Part shown: positions 1-10,860 of the stretch, one piece after another
Layout: every line of letters starts with the position of its first letter
Position numbering within the stretch: position 1 is the first letter of the stretch
Assembly (NCBI RefSeq): GCF_018977255.1
Contig: NW_024704743.1
Span: 99,140,001-99,204,000 of the forward strand
Length of the DNA stretch: 64,000 bases
Direction: 5' to 3'
DNA from: Callorhinchus milii
Taxonomy: Eukaryota
Made by a program: the position numbers and the translations under genes
The notes under the pieces: model-generated
The model's input: only the letters and a program-made list of their open reading frames with translations
Databases searched by the model: none
What the model was told of the DNA's origin: nothing

Positions 1-699
1 AACCTTTTCTCATTCCAAACATTCTTATGGTCTTAACTGTTGAACAGTCTCACGTGGTCCTTATTATCCTTATTATCCAATTTTGCCTAAATAAATCTTA
101 TCAAAGAAATCACTGTGCTACCACATTACTGAACCAACAGCTCAAACTTTTACCATGAGAGTGTTCAAATATTTCCAATAAGAACGCATGTATTAAACTG
201 TTTTGTACAGTTATTCCTATTCTTGACTAATGGGTATACCAATTAATTATTCAATTTAAATAATTTGAATCAGAAAATCTACAGTAACTCCTGTAATGTT
301 ATATTTTAACTTCAGTGTGTTTAAAACATTGACAAGAGCAGCAATTTCATTTTTGATGTGCTAGTTCCTTTCCAACCTCAACTCTGTATCCCCTTCACTC
401 TCCAGTGTGCCCAAGTCTGACGTTTCGATTTATTACACCAGCCACCTTTCTGGTCAGTCTGAGTGACATCAAAAGTTTTTGTATTATTTGTGCCCTAGAC
501 TCAGGTCACTAGAATCGCGCTGCCCAGACTAATATCATCATGAAAAACATAAGAGTTGGCTAAGAGAGGAGATCTGCATCCCATTGATCTCAGTGGATAA
601 GAGCCATAACACTTCATAAGGTCACAAAAGAGATTCAGATAACTTTGGTTTATTTGGTCTTAATCCTCAGAATAACCTGGCTACTATCCTCCCATTACA

Positions 700-843
700 C
701 ACTGCTGTGCGCAACTGGCTGCCATGTTTCGCCCACAAAATATACTGTCACTGCACCTTAAACTATATCCTGTGAAGCGCTTTGAGACGTCTCAAAGGCG
801 TAATAAGGTACTATATCAAATGCAAGGATTATTATTATTATTA
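700..843 (+). mobile_element. SINE 3' fragment (Deu-like domain plus L2-type tail)
   Basis: gctgtgcgcaactggctgcc...gaagcgctttgagacgtc...tatatcaaatgcaaggattattatt, the same tail as the fuller SINE copies in this window. Confidence 0.8.
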
Positions 844-1284
844 CAGCATCAAGCTGTTTCTTAAATGAGTCCAGCCTTAACCACTACACTGTCTGGTAAC
901 CAGTCATAATTGATAAATAACCTCTGGTAAAGAAATAATAAGGTAACAGACTGTACAAATTCTGAGTCACCAGGTTTCTTCTCATGATTTTGATAGTTTA
1001 TATCCACCTTTCTATGTTCTCTTCCCTCATGTCATAGATGACTGAAAATGTAGCCAAGTAATCCAAAACTGGAGCTCAGCTAACATAACTAAAATGGGAT
1101 CTGGGAAGTATGGAACGATGGGATGACTTCCCTCTCTCTCTTTGTAAAAGCACTTAACCTGTGACCACCACCTATCAGATAATCAGGCAGAATTCAGACA
1201 TGAGTCATTATTAGTGTATTTGTACATGCTGACTAAGCAAATGTCTTAACACATGTTAGTGCATGCTAGTGCTTTTTTTTGTCA

Positions 1285-1460
1285 ACTGGGCATATGTGGA
1301 AACCATCACTGTGTTTAAGACTGCACTTCATATATGCCCGACACCCACACGTGGAAATTTTGCTGTGTTTGGAATGGAATGTACACTCCCTCCTTGGAGG
1401 GAAACACCCTGCTCATCTAATTCCAGAAATATCAGGTGCAGTTTGACAAGAGCCGAGTGA
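1285..1460 (-). repeat. Fragment of the unclassified ~350-bp dispersed repeat
   Basis: Reverse complement resembles the 3' half of the copies at 6729-7080 and 15494-15850; judged by eye and divergent. Confidence 0.45.
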
Positions 1461-3416
1461 GAAAGCCCCTATTGTTAGTTCCATTAACAGGTATTAGTAC
1501 ATTAACATGGGTTTTATAATGTTAGTGCATTAACATGCTCAAATCCACTTGTATTTATTTCCAAGCTGAATACAAAGTCTCAGATTTACAAGTAGCCTAA
1601 TTTCTAATACAAGATGTACTGTCCTGGGATTTCAGTAATGTGTTCGAACTGGATTATGGGAGAAGTTGCAGAATGTTCATTTGGACAAGGCATAATTAAA
1701 CAAAAGTAATATTGTTCGTTAAAATTGTTGCTTGGGGATAATTCACCGGCCCAGTGATCTTTTTTCCCCATAATTGATTTTAGTTATTGTTCATTTTATT
1801 TTCGAGGAGCAACTATTGAAATGGGGGATCAGATTGTGCCCAGTAAGCACAGTGACCTCACAGAAGATTAGTGTTCTGAGTAACAATGAAGTCAAAGGAA
1901 TCACTCATGTTAAAGTGCCAAAATCAAAGATATACAACAGAAAATAGTAGATCATCCTGAATACTTGAATACGTTGATATTTAAATCAAATACATCCACA
2001 TCACGCTAATAGCTTTGTTGACATGGGATGATAATAATAATTCTTGCATTTGATTTAACGCCTTATCACGTCATTCAGCTGTCTCAAAGCGCTTCACAGA
2101 ATACACTGTAAAGTAAATTGACTGTATATTGATAATGATCCACTCAGAAATCGCCTTCAGAATAAACACAAACATGTTTATAAATTGGGGATTTAAGAAC
2201 ATCCAGGCTTAATGTTGTGACAATCTTGATTTAAAATCCCTAGCCAGGAAAATTTGGGTTCTCACCCTATCAGATAACAAAATAAAACTCAGAGAGCAAG
2301 AGTAACCCCAATTGTTTTGAGTGCAGACAATACAGTGATAGAAAAGATTGGGCTCAGATCACATTATCCATTTCCCAAATAAACCTGGTTTCTGATGTCC
2401 TTTGCACTCCTTCAACTTGCTTTACAGTGTACAAACAGTGCTTGATGCCCTTTATACCCAATTAAAATTTTATACATTTTGCAATGCATCGTATGCCCCA
2501 AAACATGCCAAACATGTTGCTTACTCATATACCTTAAACACACCACCCTGATAACACTTCTTCCTTGTTACTTAACCAATTTTGCAAACAGGTGCCGAAT
2601 GACGTAATTTGCTACGGAATTTTGCCAACTCTTCACAAGTCCTGCCTGTCGATGAAACTTTTGTAACTTGTAAAGTTTCATTTAATTTAAGAAAAGTAGG
2701 AGATCTGCCTAAAACTTATATCATTATAGCTTCTGCTGCAGTGGATAAAGCATCAATGCAGTCCAAAGTTTCTGCTGACTGGTAATAAACTGTTTGGAGC
2801 AGGATATTCCTGGAGTCATGCCACCCTGAAAACTCCTTGAAACTGTGACATTTCATGCCCCTTTCCTTCTATACAAGATTTCAATGACTGAAAAATCTGA
2901 ATTACAATAATAAAAATCGAATGGAGGAAGAGAAACAGAATGAAAACACAGGGAGATGTGGAGCATGAAAAGCTGATACTGACCTTGCAGCACATGTGAG
3001 ATGCACAAATACATCTAACAATACTGAAATACCTGAACATTTTAACGTGATAGCTCTGAGGCATTCACCGATAGCATGTGGAAACTTTGGATTGGAGTTT
3101 CAAGTCAAAACCAACAACAACAATGTGCATTTATAGAGTGCCCTTCACGTAAGATGAACGTCTCAAAGTGTTTCAAATGTATATATAATCACTTTACCTA
3201 AAAGAAATGATGTATCTGGCAAACCTCCCCCAGGCAAAAAGCCAAGAACAGATTATATATATATATAATACATATTACATACATACACATAAAATATATA
3301 AAATGACAAACAACCATGCAGTGAATTACAGTAACGTCTATTCCCTTTAAGAACATGAAACCTGACAACACTTACATAAAAAGCATCAGATCAATGCAGA
3401 TAAACCTCTTCCTTAC

Positions 3417-3578
3417 CTTAGCGACCGAGCTCAGGTAATAGCAGATGTATGCAGCACCGAATCCTAAAACAAGAGACAAACCCACCCCTGAACCTGACAG
3501 GTTGATTCTGACCTGATTTTCTAAATAGAGTGAGAGATCTCTGGTTAGTGTGTTCACATTCCCCATCAAATCAATCAT
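3417..3578 (-). CDS. ABHD3: ABHD3-like phospholipase, first coding exon, proximal copy (54 aa, N-terminal membrane anchor)
   Basis: MIDLMGNVNTLTRDLSLYLENQVRINLSGSGVGLSLVLGFGAAYICYYLSSVAK aligns without gaps to the recalled human ABHD3 N-terminus (..SRELSLYLEHQVRVGFFGSGVGLSLILGFSVAYAFYYLSSIAK). Ends in a phase-0 donor AAG|GTAAGG. No downstream exons were recognised in 1-3416. Confidence 0.9.
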
Positions 3579-3707
3579 AGCTGCACAGCTAGTGTGAAAT
3601 AAGGACTGTCAGTGTCTTGCAGCAGAAAGCCGGAAGGGAGGCTGTAACATGAGATGCTTGTGTCCTTCAGTCCAACCCTCAAATACTAGCACAATTCTCA
3701 CCAGCCT

Positions 3708-3716
3708 CTATTTATA
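3708..3716 (-). promoter_or_regulatory. TATA box of the proximal ABHD3-like first exon
   Basis: TATAAATAG on the minus strand, about 130 nt upstream of the ATG; fits TATAWAWR. Confidence 0.6.
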
Positions 3717-3744
3717 GCCTTAGGGCTATACTCAGGCCTTTAAA

Positions 3745-3757
3745 TGCCATCTACTGG
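3745..3757 (-). promoter_or_regulatory. CTCF-like motif
   Basis: CCAGTAGATGGCA on the minus strand matches the CTCF core CCASYAGRKGGCR at every position. Confidence 0.5.
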
Positions 3758-3899
3758 AGTAGGAACAGTACTAACTTGAACTTTTCTACCTCTTTCTAAC
3801 TATGCTTGAATTGACGTGGCTTGATTTGTTTCTAGGCTGAATGACACATCCTAAAATCTATTGGCTGCATTATCAAAAACGGACGACAAAGAAGACATA

Positions 3900-4196
3900 A
3901 AAGAAAACAGTTCTGCTCTTCTCTTCGACGTGACTTTCGTTCCCCCCTATTACCCTGCTCCCCCTCCTTACTATCTGTTTCCCTTTCAACTAACACATTC
4001 TCTCCTTTGTCTTTTTTTTGTATTCGTTGTCGTCCTTGTCCTGCCTCCCCCCTTCAACTTGTCCTTAAAAACCTCTCCCTCCCAACATGCCCCAGTTCTG
4101 ACAAAGGGTCGTGGACCCAAAACGTTGACTCACTCTCCTTTCTCCATAGATGCTGCCTGACCTGCTGAGATTTCCCAGCTCTCTCTGTTTTTGTTA
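3900..4196 (+). mobile_element. Penelope-like element terminal fragment with a decayed minimal hammerhead ribozyme
   Basis: Pyrimidine-rich stretch followed by ttCTGACAAagggtc-gtg-gacccAAAACgttgac...gatgctgcctgacctgctgag, a motif I recall from chondrichthyan Penelope-like repeats. Confidence 0.6.
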
Positions 4197-4259
4197 CTGA
4201 AATTATAGCGTCAGTTTAGAATACAGTAATTTAGACAAATTCAGATTACTGGGTTTAGA

Positions 4260-4692
4260 AGTATACCTCTTTAAAAGGGGTTAAATCATGAGGACAGATT
4301 GCAAAAACTTGGTCTCTATTCCCTTGAGTTTAGAAGGTTAAGGGGTTATCTGATAGAAGTGTTTAAAATAATAAAGCGATTTGATAGGGTAGATACAGAG
4401 AAACTATTTCCAGAATAAGGGGGCATAATCTTAAAATTAGAGCTCGACCATTTAGCAGTGAAATCAGGAAGCATTTTTCACCCAAAGGATAGTGGAAATC
4501 TGGAACTCTCTCCCCAAAAGGCTGTGGATCCTGGATCCCATTAAAATTTTCAAGATTGAGGTGGACAGATTTTTATTAGGTAAAGGTACCTAGTGATATG
4601 GGGCAAAGGCGGGTAATCAGTCATGATCCAATAGAATGGTCCCACAGGCTCGAGTGACTGAATGGCCTATTTCTGTTCCTATATTCCTATTC
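4260..4692 (+). mobile_element. CR1 LINE 3' fragment
   Basis: Degenerate end of ORF2 (LGLYSLEFRRLRG..WNSLP) and a CR1 3' UTR ending tggcctatttctgttcctatattcctat. Confidence 0.85.
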
Positions 4693-4785
4693 ATAAGAAC
4701 ACATTTTAATGGAATATGTTACTGTGTGTAAAGAAGAAGATGGTGTGGTAATCGTTGTGGACCGAGGTGTGGACTTTGCAGGGGA

Positions 4786-5017
4786 CAGAAACAGCACTGA
4801 CTGTAGTTCAATGTAAAGAATACAAGCATGACTGACCATAACACAGAAAGAAACAGCACTGATGGATTATACAGCGTAAAGAATAGAAACAGTACTGACC
4901 ATAACACCGTGGTAAGAAACAGCACTGTTCATAAACAGATAGAAACAGCACTGATCATCACCTGGAGGAAATAGAAACAGTACTGATCGTAATACAGTAG
5001 ATAAATAATGGCACTGA
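4786..5017 (+). repeat. Degenerate minisatellite, about 7 copies of AGAAACAGYACTGA with variable linkers
   Basis: Motif seen near 4787, 4849, 4885, 4915, 4941 and 4973, plus degenerate copies. Confidence 0.7.
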
Positions 5018-5684
5018 GTACAAGTGCAAATACTGTTAAATTTTGTAACTTTTTTTACTGTGGGCCTCTGCGTACTTGAAATTTAGCTGAGTCTGCACAT
5101 ATTCAGCTCACGTAGGAGCACTGCAGTCAGCAAAAGAAGAGACTTCAACCAACCAGTAAGGCCAAAATTTTATTTAACCCATATCCCAGGTATGAAAAGC
5201 CAACATCCTAATTCACTTCACCAACCAGACCTCTGATCAATTTTGCCGTCATTTCCTTCTTCCTATAAATTTTTCTGATAGCAAAATCTTCAATTTCTCA
5301 ATTGCCAAATGAAACCCAAAATTGCATATCTTCTCTCCTTGCTGGGACATTTAACTAAAATATACATGAACAAAATAGCTACATTGGTCATTTAATGTAT
5401 CATTCTGTCTGGTTTATTGAAGCATTGACTTTTCATAGTTAAACAGATCAATATGCAGTAGAGTATTAATATTATTCCTTGCTACTGCTTAGCTATTTCT
5501 TGTTAGAAATAATACAAAATCTCAACTCTGATTTATCAATCACCAAAGATCTCCATTTTATTACTAAACAATGAGACTCTTTAAATAGTGTCATTAGATT
5601 TATATGGTCAGGTACAGTACACACCTGCAGATGCTGAACAGATATCGCACAAAAAACATCAAAGCTAATAAATCTCTTTCCTAC

Positions 5685-5840
5685 CTTTGTGACTGAGCTC
5701 AAGTAATAGCAGATGTACGCAGTGCCCAATCCTAAAACAAGAGACAAACCCAAACCTGCCAGATCGATTCTGACCTGATTTGCTAAACAGAATGAGAAAT
5801 CTCTGGTCAGTGTGTTCATAATCTCCATCAGATCAATCAT
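5685..5840 (-). CDS. ABHD3: ABHD3-like first coding exon, distal duplicated copy (52 aa; possible in-frame extension to the ATG at 5927)
   Basis: MIDLMEIMNTLTRDFSFCLANQVRIDLAGLGLSLVLGLGTAYICYYLSSVTK is clearly paralogous to 3417-3578, with an in-frame 6-nt deletion. The phase-0 donor AAG|GTAGGA is intact and 5' UTR homology extends to about 5920. Confidence 0.7.
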
Positions 5841-5940
5841 TGCTGCACAGTCAGTGTGAAATAAGGGCCAGTTGCCAATGTCTTGCAGCAGAAAGCCAAA
5901 AGGCCGGCTGTAACACAGAGGCCTCATTCATACAGATAAA

Positions 5941-5953
5941 CACCACCTAGTGG
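5941..5953 (-). promoter_or_regulatory. CTCF-like motif
   Basis: CCACTAGGTGGTG on the minus strand, one mismatch to the CTCF core; same orientation as 3745-3757. Confidence 0.45.
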
Positions 5954-6728
5954 GGAAGACTATAATAATGCTAATGATGACTTCTTTCAATTCAGTTTGC
6001 TAAGACCCCTCGCATGAGGACCTGGATTAAGCAGCTGTTGCTGAGTAAACTGGTAAACTGGTATGCGGCATTGAACTTGGACCTCAAGAACATCAAGGTA
6101 GCTGGCACGTCACCAGTTATCCTGTAAAGGTCATCCTACCACGCTGATCGCAGATGTTTGCCAGATAGCTGATGAGGAAACTCAAAGGTTTCGGGCGACA
6201 GCTGCTGGAAGATACTACTTGGAGTCCAATTTCATGAAAAAACATTTGTACATCCAGCTGCCGCTTAAACTCCTCATCTCCAACTAATCAAACCATCGCT
6301 CAATGGGAAGGGATGTGTGCCTGAGTTGCGGAAAAGAAGACGGTGGTATTGCTCTCATGCATTTTATGCTGAACTATGTTGTTCACCGGGAAGCTTGCAG
6401 TGAGATCCTGGTACCTACCATCCACCTAGTAAGGGCTCAAACCTGTACTTGTCAGATGTTGACAATCAACTAGTGACTATCCTCTTTGGGGGGAGATAAG
6501 TGGGGTCTCCTTGGAGCTGAACTGGCTCCAAGGTAAAATGTTTGGCAACAGAATTTCGGAATCGAGCCAGCCCTCTGTGGCAGATTTGGCGGTCTGGTTC
6601 CTGAGCCAGGCAGGTCTGCAGTATTCCAGGGAACTGCTGAGGACAGCACAGCCAGCCTAGCTCATTGGTAGGACCTGGAAGGGCAGACCAGTCTCTGGGG
6701 GCAGGGAGTCATCCGACTCAGCTTCCTG

Positions 6729-7080
6729 TTAACCCTGCAAGCCAAAACCCTAACGGGTAGGGTGGTCCTAGCTGGACAAGCAGCGGGAAAGTTTGTCAGA
6801 CAATGATATCAATGGCACATTATGCTGTTTTACCTCATTAGACTCCAGCAGTAGCCCAACGCACACTTTTGGGTCCCCAAGCCTTGGAACTTGCCAATCT
6901 GTGCCAAATATTTTCCAGAAATAGGTAAAACTGTCAGAGAGAGTGCACATTCCATTCCAACAATTTATTTTTGGGATTTCCATGTGTAGGTGAGATTATT
7001 GAAATTCTCAGGTTGGTTTGGATACTCTTAACCATGGTGATACATCTCTGCATGTGTCAGACACCCGGCTGACTAAAAAA
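6729..7080 (+). repeat. Unclassified ~350-bp dispersed repeat (probable old SINE)
   Basis: ttaaccctgcaagccaaaaccctaac..gtagggtggtcctagctggacaagcagc..gtcagacacccggctgactaaaaaa; homologous to 15494-15850 and other copies. Confidence 0.75.
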
Positions 7081-8622
7081 TAATTAAAACTGGGCATGAG
7101 ACCTAAAACCTTTATAGGTTACATGAAAGAAAATTTAGTTTTGAGTGTTTTTTTATCTACTACATGCAAGTTCCAATCTGTTTTTTGTTTATGATCAATG
7201 TTTCTGTGCAAAATTAAATTGATCATTGGGGAAGCGCTTTGAGGTGCTAATGCTATATCAAATGTAAGAATTATTATATTATTTATTTTATTGCACATCT
7301 GTCCTTACAAACTGGGTAACCTGCAATGACATTCAAGTGATTTTGCCAGGCTGCCAAATCCTGTAATATGGAAGAATTTAAATAAGTACACATTATTAGA
7401 AATGTTAAACCAGATTCATCAAACATTTACACTCATTTTCTTTTTTTAAGATGCACTGTTTTCAACAACAGAGGAATTTCTGGGGAGAGACTGTTGTTAA
7501 GATTCCATAGATAAGGCATGGGAAAGAGCAGGAATTGGAATAGTTTAGCATGGCATAGGCACGATGGGCCAAATGGCCTCTTTCTATGCTCCAATTTGCA
7601 TGATTTTATGTATCCAGTGCACCCAATAATTGTGAAAGCTTGTCTTTATTATTATTACCTCTATGTGGGTCTCTCTTTTCTTTTTCACAGTGTTCTCCCC
7701 TCCGCTCCTGAAAGTGTTAACTCACACAACGCATGGCTCCATGGGTGCTGCCAGCTGTCATATTAGACAGTGAGATCTCACAGCCTCACTTAATGACCAT
7801 AAACATACACTTTAGATCAGGATCACTGAGCAGTAGTTAACAGTTGAAAATCTGGTTAGATACAATTCAAATATTACTTGTTCTTCCACATGGAAAGAAT
7901 TGAGTCAAACTCTAAGGCAAATTCTAAGTATTCTAGAAAGACAATAGTGTTTATTCTCTGAATAATAATCCTTACATTTACATAGCGCCTTATCATGTTG
8001 TTGAGATGTCTCAGACCACTTCACAGAATATACTGTAAGGTGGAGTGATTGTATATTTTGTGGGCAAAACAAGGCAGCCAATTGTGCACAGCAATTGAAT
8101 ATCAAAGAAAGTCCCTCCTGCCCCCCAACATCACCCACTGGATAAGCTTTTAGACACTTGGCCTCTGCTTTCTGGAACTCTCTTCCGAAATCCCTCCACC
8201 TTTCTTTCTCTTCTTTCTTTTGTTCTCTGCTTCCAAAAGCCACGTGAAAATCTCTTTGACTGTTCTTTTGGCCATCCCCTTCCAGCTTGGGCTCCAACTC
8301 AGGCTTTGTGAAATGCTTTGAGATGTTTTCCCTACTTGAATGATGCTGCATAAGTAAAAATTGTTGCTGTTGTCAGAGTATTTACAGACATAGGTGGGTG
8401 ACACATTCCTATACTCTGTCAGTTCATAAATTTAGGGACCTTGAGGATGGGAGCATTAAACGAGAGTCTAGTTGACAAGGTCACCATGTAGCTGTGTGCA
8501 ACGCTACTCATACCTGGTTACTGGACAAAGCCCCATTACTACAGAATGGTTTAGTGCAGTTAGCTTAAACCAAGATGTAGCTTTTCAGGAGAATTTTAAA
8601 GGCAGTAAAAAGGGACAAATTA

Positions 8623-9420
8623 CAACAACAACAACTTTCACTTATATAGTGCCCTCTCTGCAGGGTTGCGTCTCAGAGCGCTTAACAGTGGCGGAGCCTG
8701 ACTCCAAGCTGGTAGGAGGGGGAGGTGACCGTACGGTTGAAAAGGAAGATTTTCAGGCAGGACTTGAAAAAGCGGAGAGAGGGGGAAAAGCAGATGGATT
8801 GAGGGAGAGTGTTCCAGAGTTTTAGGGTGTATTGGCGGAATGTGCGACCTCCAGTGGTGGAGCGGAGGGTGAGAGGGACAAGCAGGAGGCCAGTGTCAGT
8901 CGAGTGGAGGCCCTGGCTGGTGGATTGTAGAGTGAGGAGGTCGGAGATGTCGGGAGATGCCAGGGAGTGAAGGGATTTGAACACGAGTGTGAGGATCTTG
9001 AAGTTGATCCATTTGGTGATGGGGAGCCAGTGGGGCCTGGCCAGAACTGGTGAGATGGGGGTACGCCATTTGGTCTGGGTCAGTATGTGGGCAGCAGACT
9101 TCTGAATGAGCTGGATTTTTTGAATAGTGGAGCTGGGGAGACTGGAGAGGAATGGCCTGGAGGAGTAATTCAGGCAGGAGGTGACAAACGCATGCACGAG
9201 GGTTTCGGCTGCATTTGGGGTAAAGTACGGTCGGAGTTGGGCAATGTGGCGAAGGTGGAGGAAGGCGGTCCTGGTCAGGGACCGGGTGTGAGGAAGGAAG
9301 GACAGCTGGTGGTCGAAACGGATGCCTAGATTGCACACTGGTTCAGTGAGTATGAGGGAAATCCCAGGGAGGTTGAGGAGTTCAGATTTGCAGAAGTGAA
9401 GACATTGACGGAAGCCAAAG
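8623..9420 (-). mobile_element. L2 LINE 3' fragment (older subfamily)
   Basis: ORF 8682-9338 ([53 protein letters not shown]) is the C-terminus of L2 ORF2; (GTT)n tail. Confidence 0.9.
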
Positions 9421-9729
9421 AGTATGGATTTAGAAGGAATTCAGGGGGAATTCCAGAGGTTAGGGACATAATGGCCAGGCCTGTGGCGTCATGATTGAAA
9501 ACCCGGTGTAGCCTTTCTTTAGAAATGGAGGCAGAGCTATTTTAGGAGGAGGCAGAGGGCACTTCTCTCCTCCTCCCAACATGCCTTCACCTCCATTTGT
9601 AAGGAAACTCCCAGCAGTGTATGGGAGTGTCATCCTAGACAATGTGATTCCAAGTCCAGACCTTCTGATTCAGAGGCGAGAGTGCTACCACTGCGCCAAA
9701 CTTTGAGGTGTATTTACCACACGCACAAC

Positions 9730-9990
9730 ACTCTAAAAGAGAGTTTAGGTGGAACTTCTTAATGTAAAGGGTAGAGGTAATGCAGAACTCCTGCCAGAAT
9801 CTATGGTTGGAACAGAAAGCAATAATGCATTTAAGAGGAAACTCGATGCATACATTAGGGGGAAGGGATTCGTGGGGTTTTGCAGGAGGTTAGGGAGGGG
9901 GCATTAAGAAGGGTGGAGGATCAATAACCTGGAGTACAATAATCTGCATGGACTAGATGGGCTGAATGGCTTGGACAGACTATGTAAATC
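9730..9990 (+). mobile_element. Degenerate CR1 3' end
   Basis: Residual CR1 terminal sequence ending gatgggctgaatggc. Confidence 0.55.
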
Positions 9991-10499
9991 AATGTGAGTT
10001 CTTGAGATCCCCATTATTTGTTATTAGGGAGAGAGGCTATTAGGGGTAGACTGGTGGGCAGTTAAACCTATAGCTCGCAGACAGTAATGTTGTACTAATT
10101 GAACAACTGGTATGAAATCAGCAAGTAATGGTTCAGAAAAACATTGGAGGAAAACTAAACTAAAATGGAGGGAAGTCGAGATGAAGATGTAAGCGGTGAA
10201 ACAGAATGTTCTGCTGTTGGCTGGAGCCTCCCAGCTTCCTAGATAGACAAGATCACCCACTTGTGGTGAGAGAAGCCTATAGCAACTTGCTTGCCTTTTG
10301 CTGGATTGTGTGGAAGCACTCCCCAGGTTTAAATCTGATTGCCAAGAAGAGGATTTATTTTCATATCAAAAGTAATCTAAAGTGGAAGCATTGTTATAGG
10401 AGAAGTATTTTCAGTGTAAAGTACTTTCTCCATGTGGTTTGTGGTGGGGTGGGGGGCTATTATTAGCTACTTTGGGTGACAACCCTGACGCTGCTTGAC

Positions 10500-10860
10500 A
10501 TTTTATCGGTCAATCCAGGTGATTGACATATATGGAAATCCATCATCATGCAAAAGAGCATCCAAAACTAGGCTGAGAATTCTACATATACTTGGAATGG
10601 AGAGCGTACATTCTCTCCTGTGTCTGAAACAGAGTTAGCACTCTCTTCCCGGGGGGACACAGCCTGATAACCCAACTCTGGTTAGGTGCACATTAGGTAC
10701 AGGTTGGCAAGAATCAAGGCTTGGGGACCTTGGAGGGTGCGTTGGGATCCTGCTGAAGTATAATCTGCTAAAAACGCATAGCTTGCCATTGTGTGCGCTG
10801 TCTTGCATGCGTCCCACTGCTCAAAAACTAAACAGTCCAGTTCAAAACCCTATGGGTGAC
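10500..10860 (-). repeat. Divergent copy of the unclassified ~350-bp repeat
   Basis: Reverse complement contains cagcaggatcccaacgcacc..ggtccccaagccttgattcttgccaacctgt..tttggatgctc..gatggatttcc, collinear with 6729-7080. Confidence 0.6.

Noticed and set aside
2530..2900. Possible ABHD3-like exon 2 (acceptor-like site near 2897, donor-like site near 2532)
   Set aside because: No similarity seen to the expected KPQLV..CPVV..YYPT.WCW peptide, and the frame I read contains stops
4786..5017. CRISPR-like repeat-spacer pattern
   Set aside because: Vertebrate DNA with no cas genes; the repeats are short and imperfect, and the linkers resemble each other
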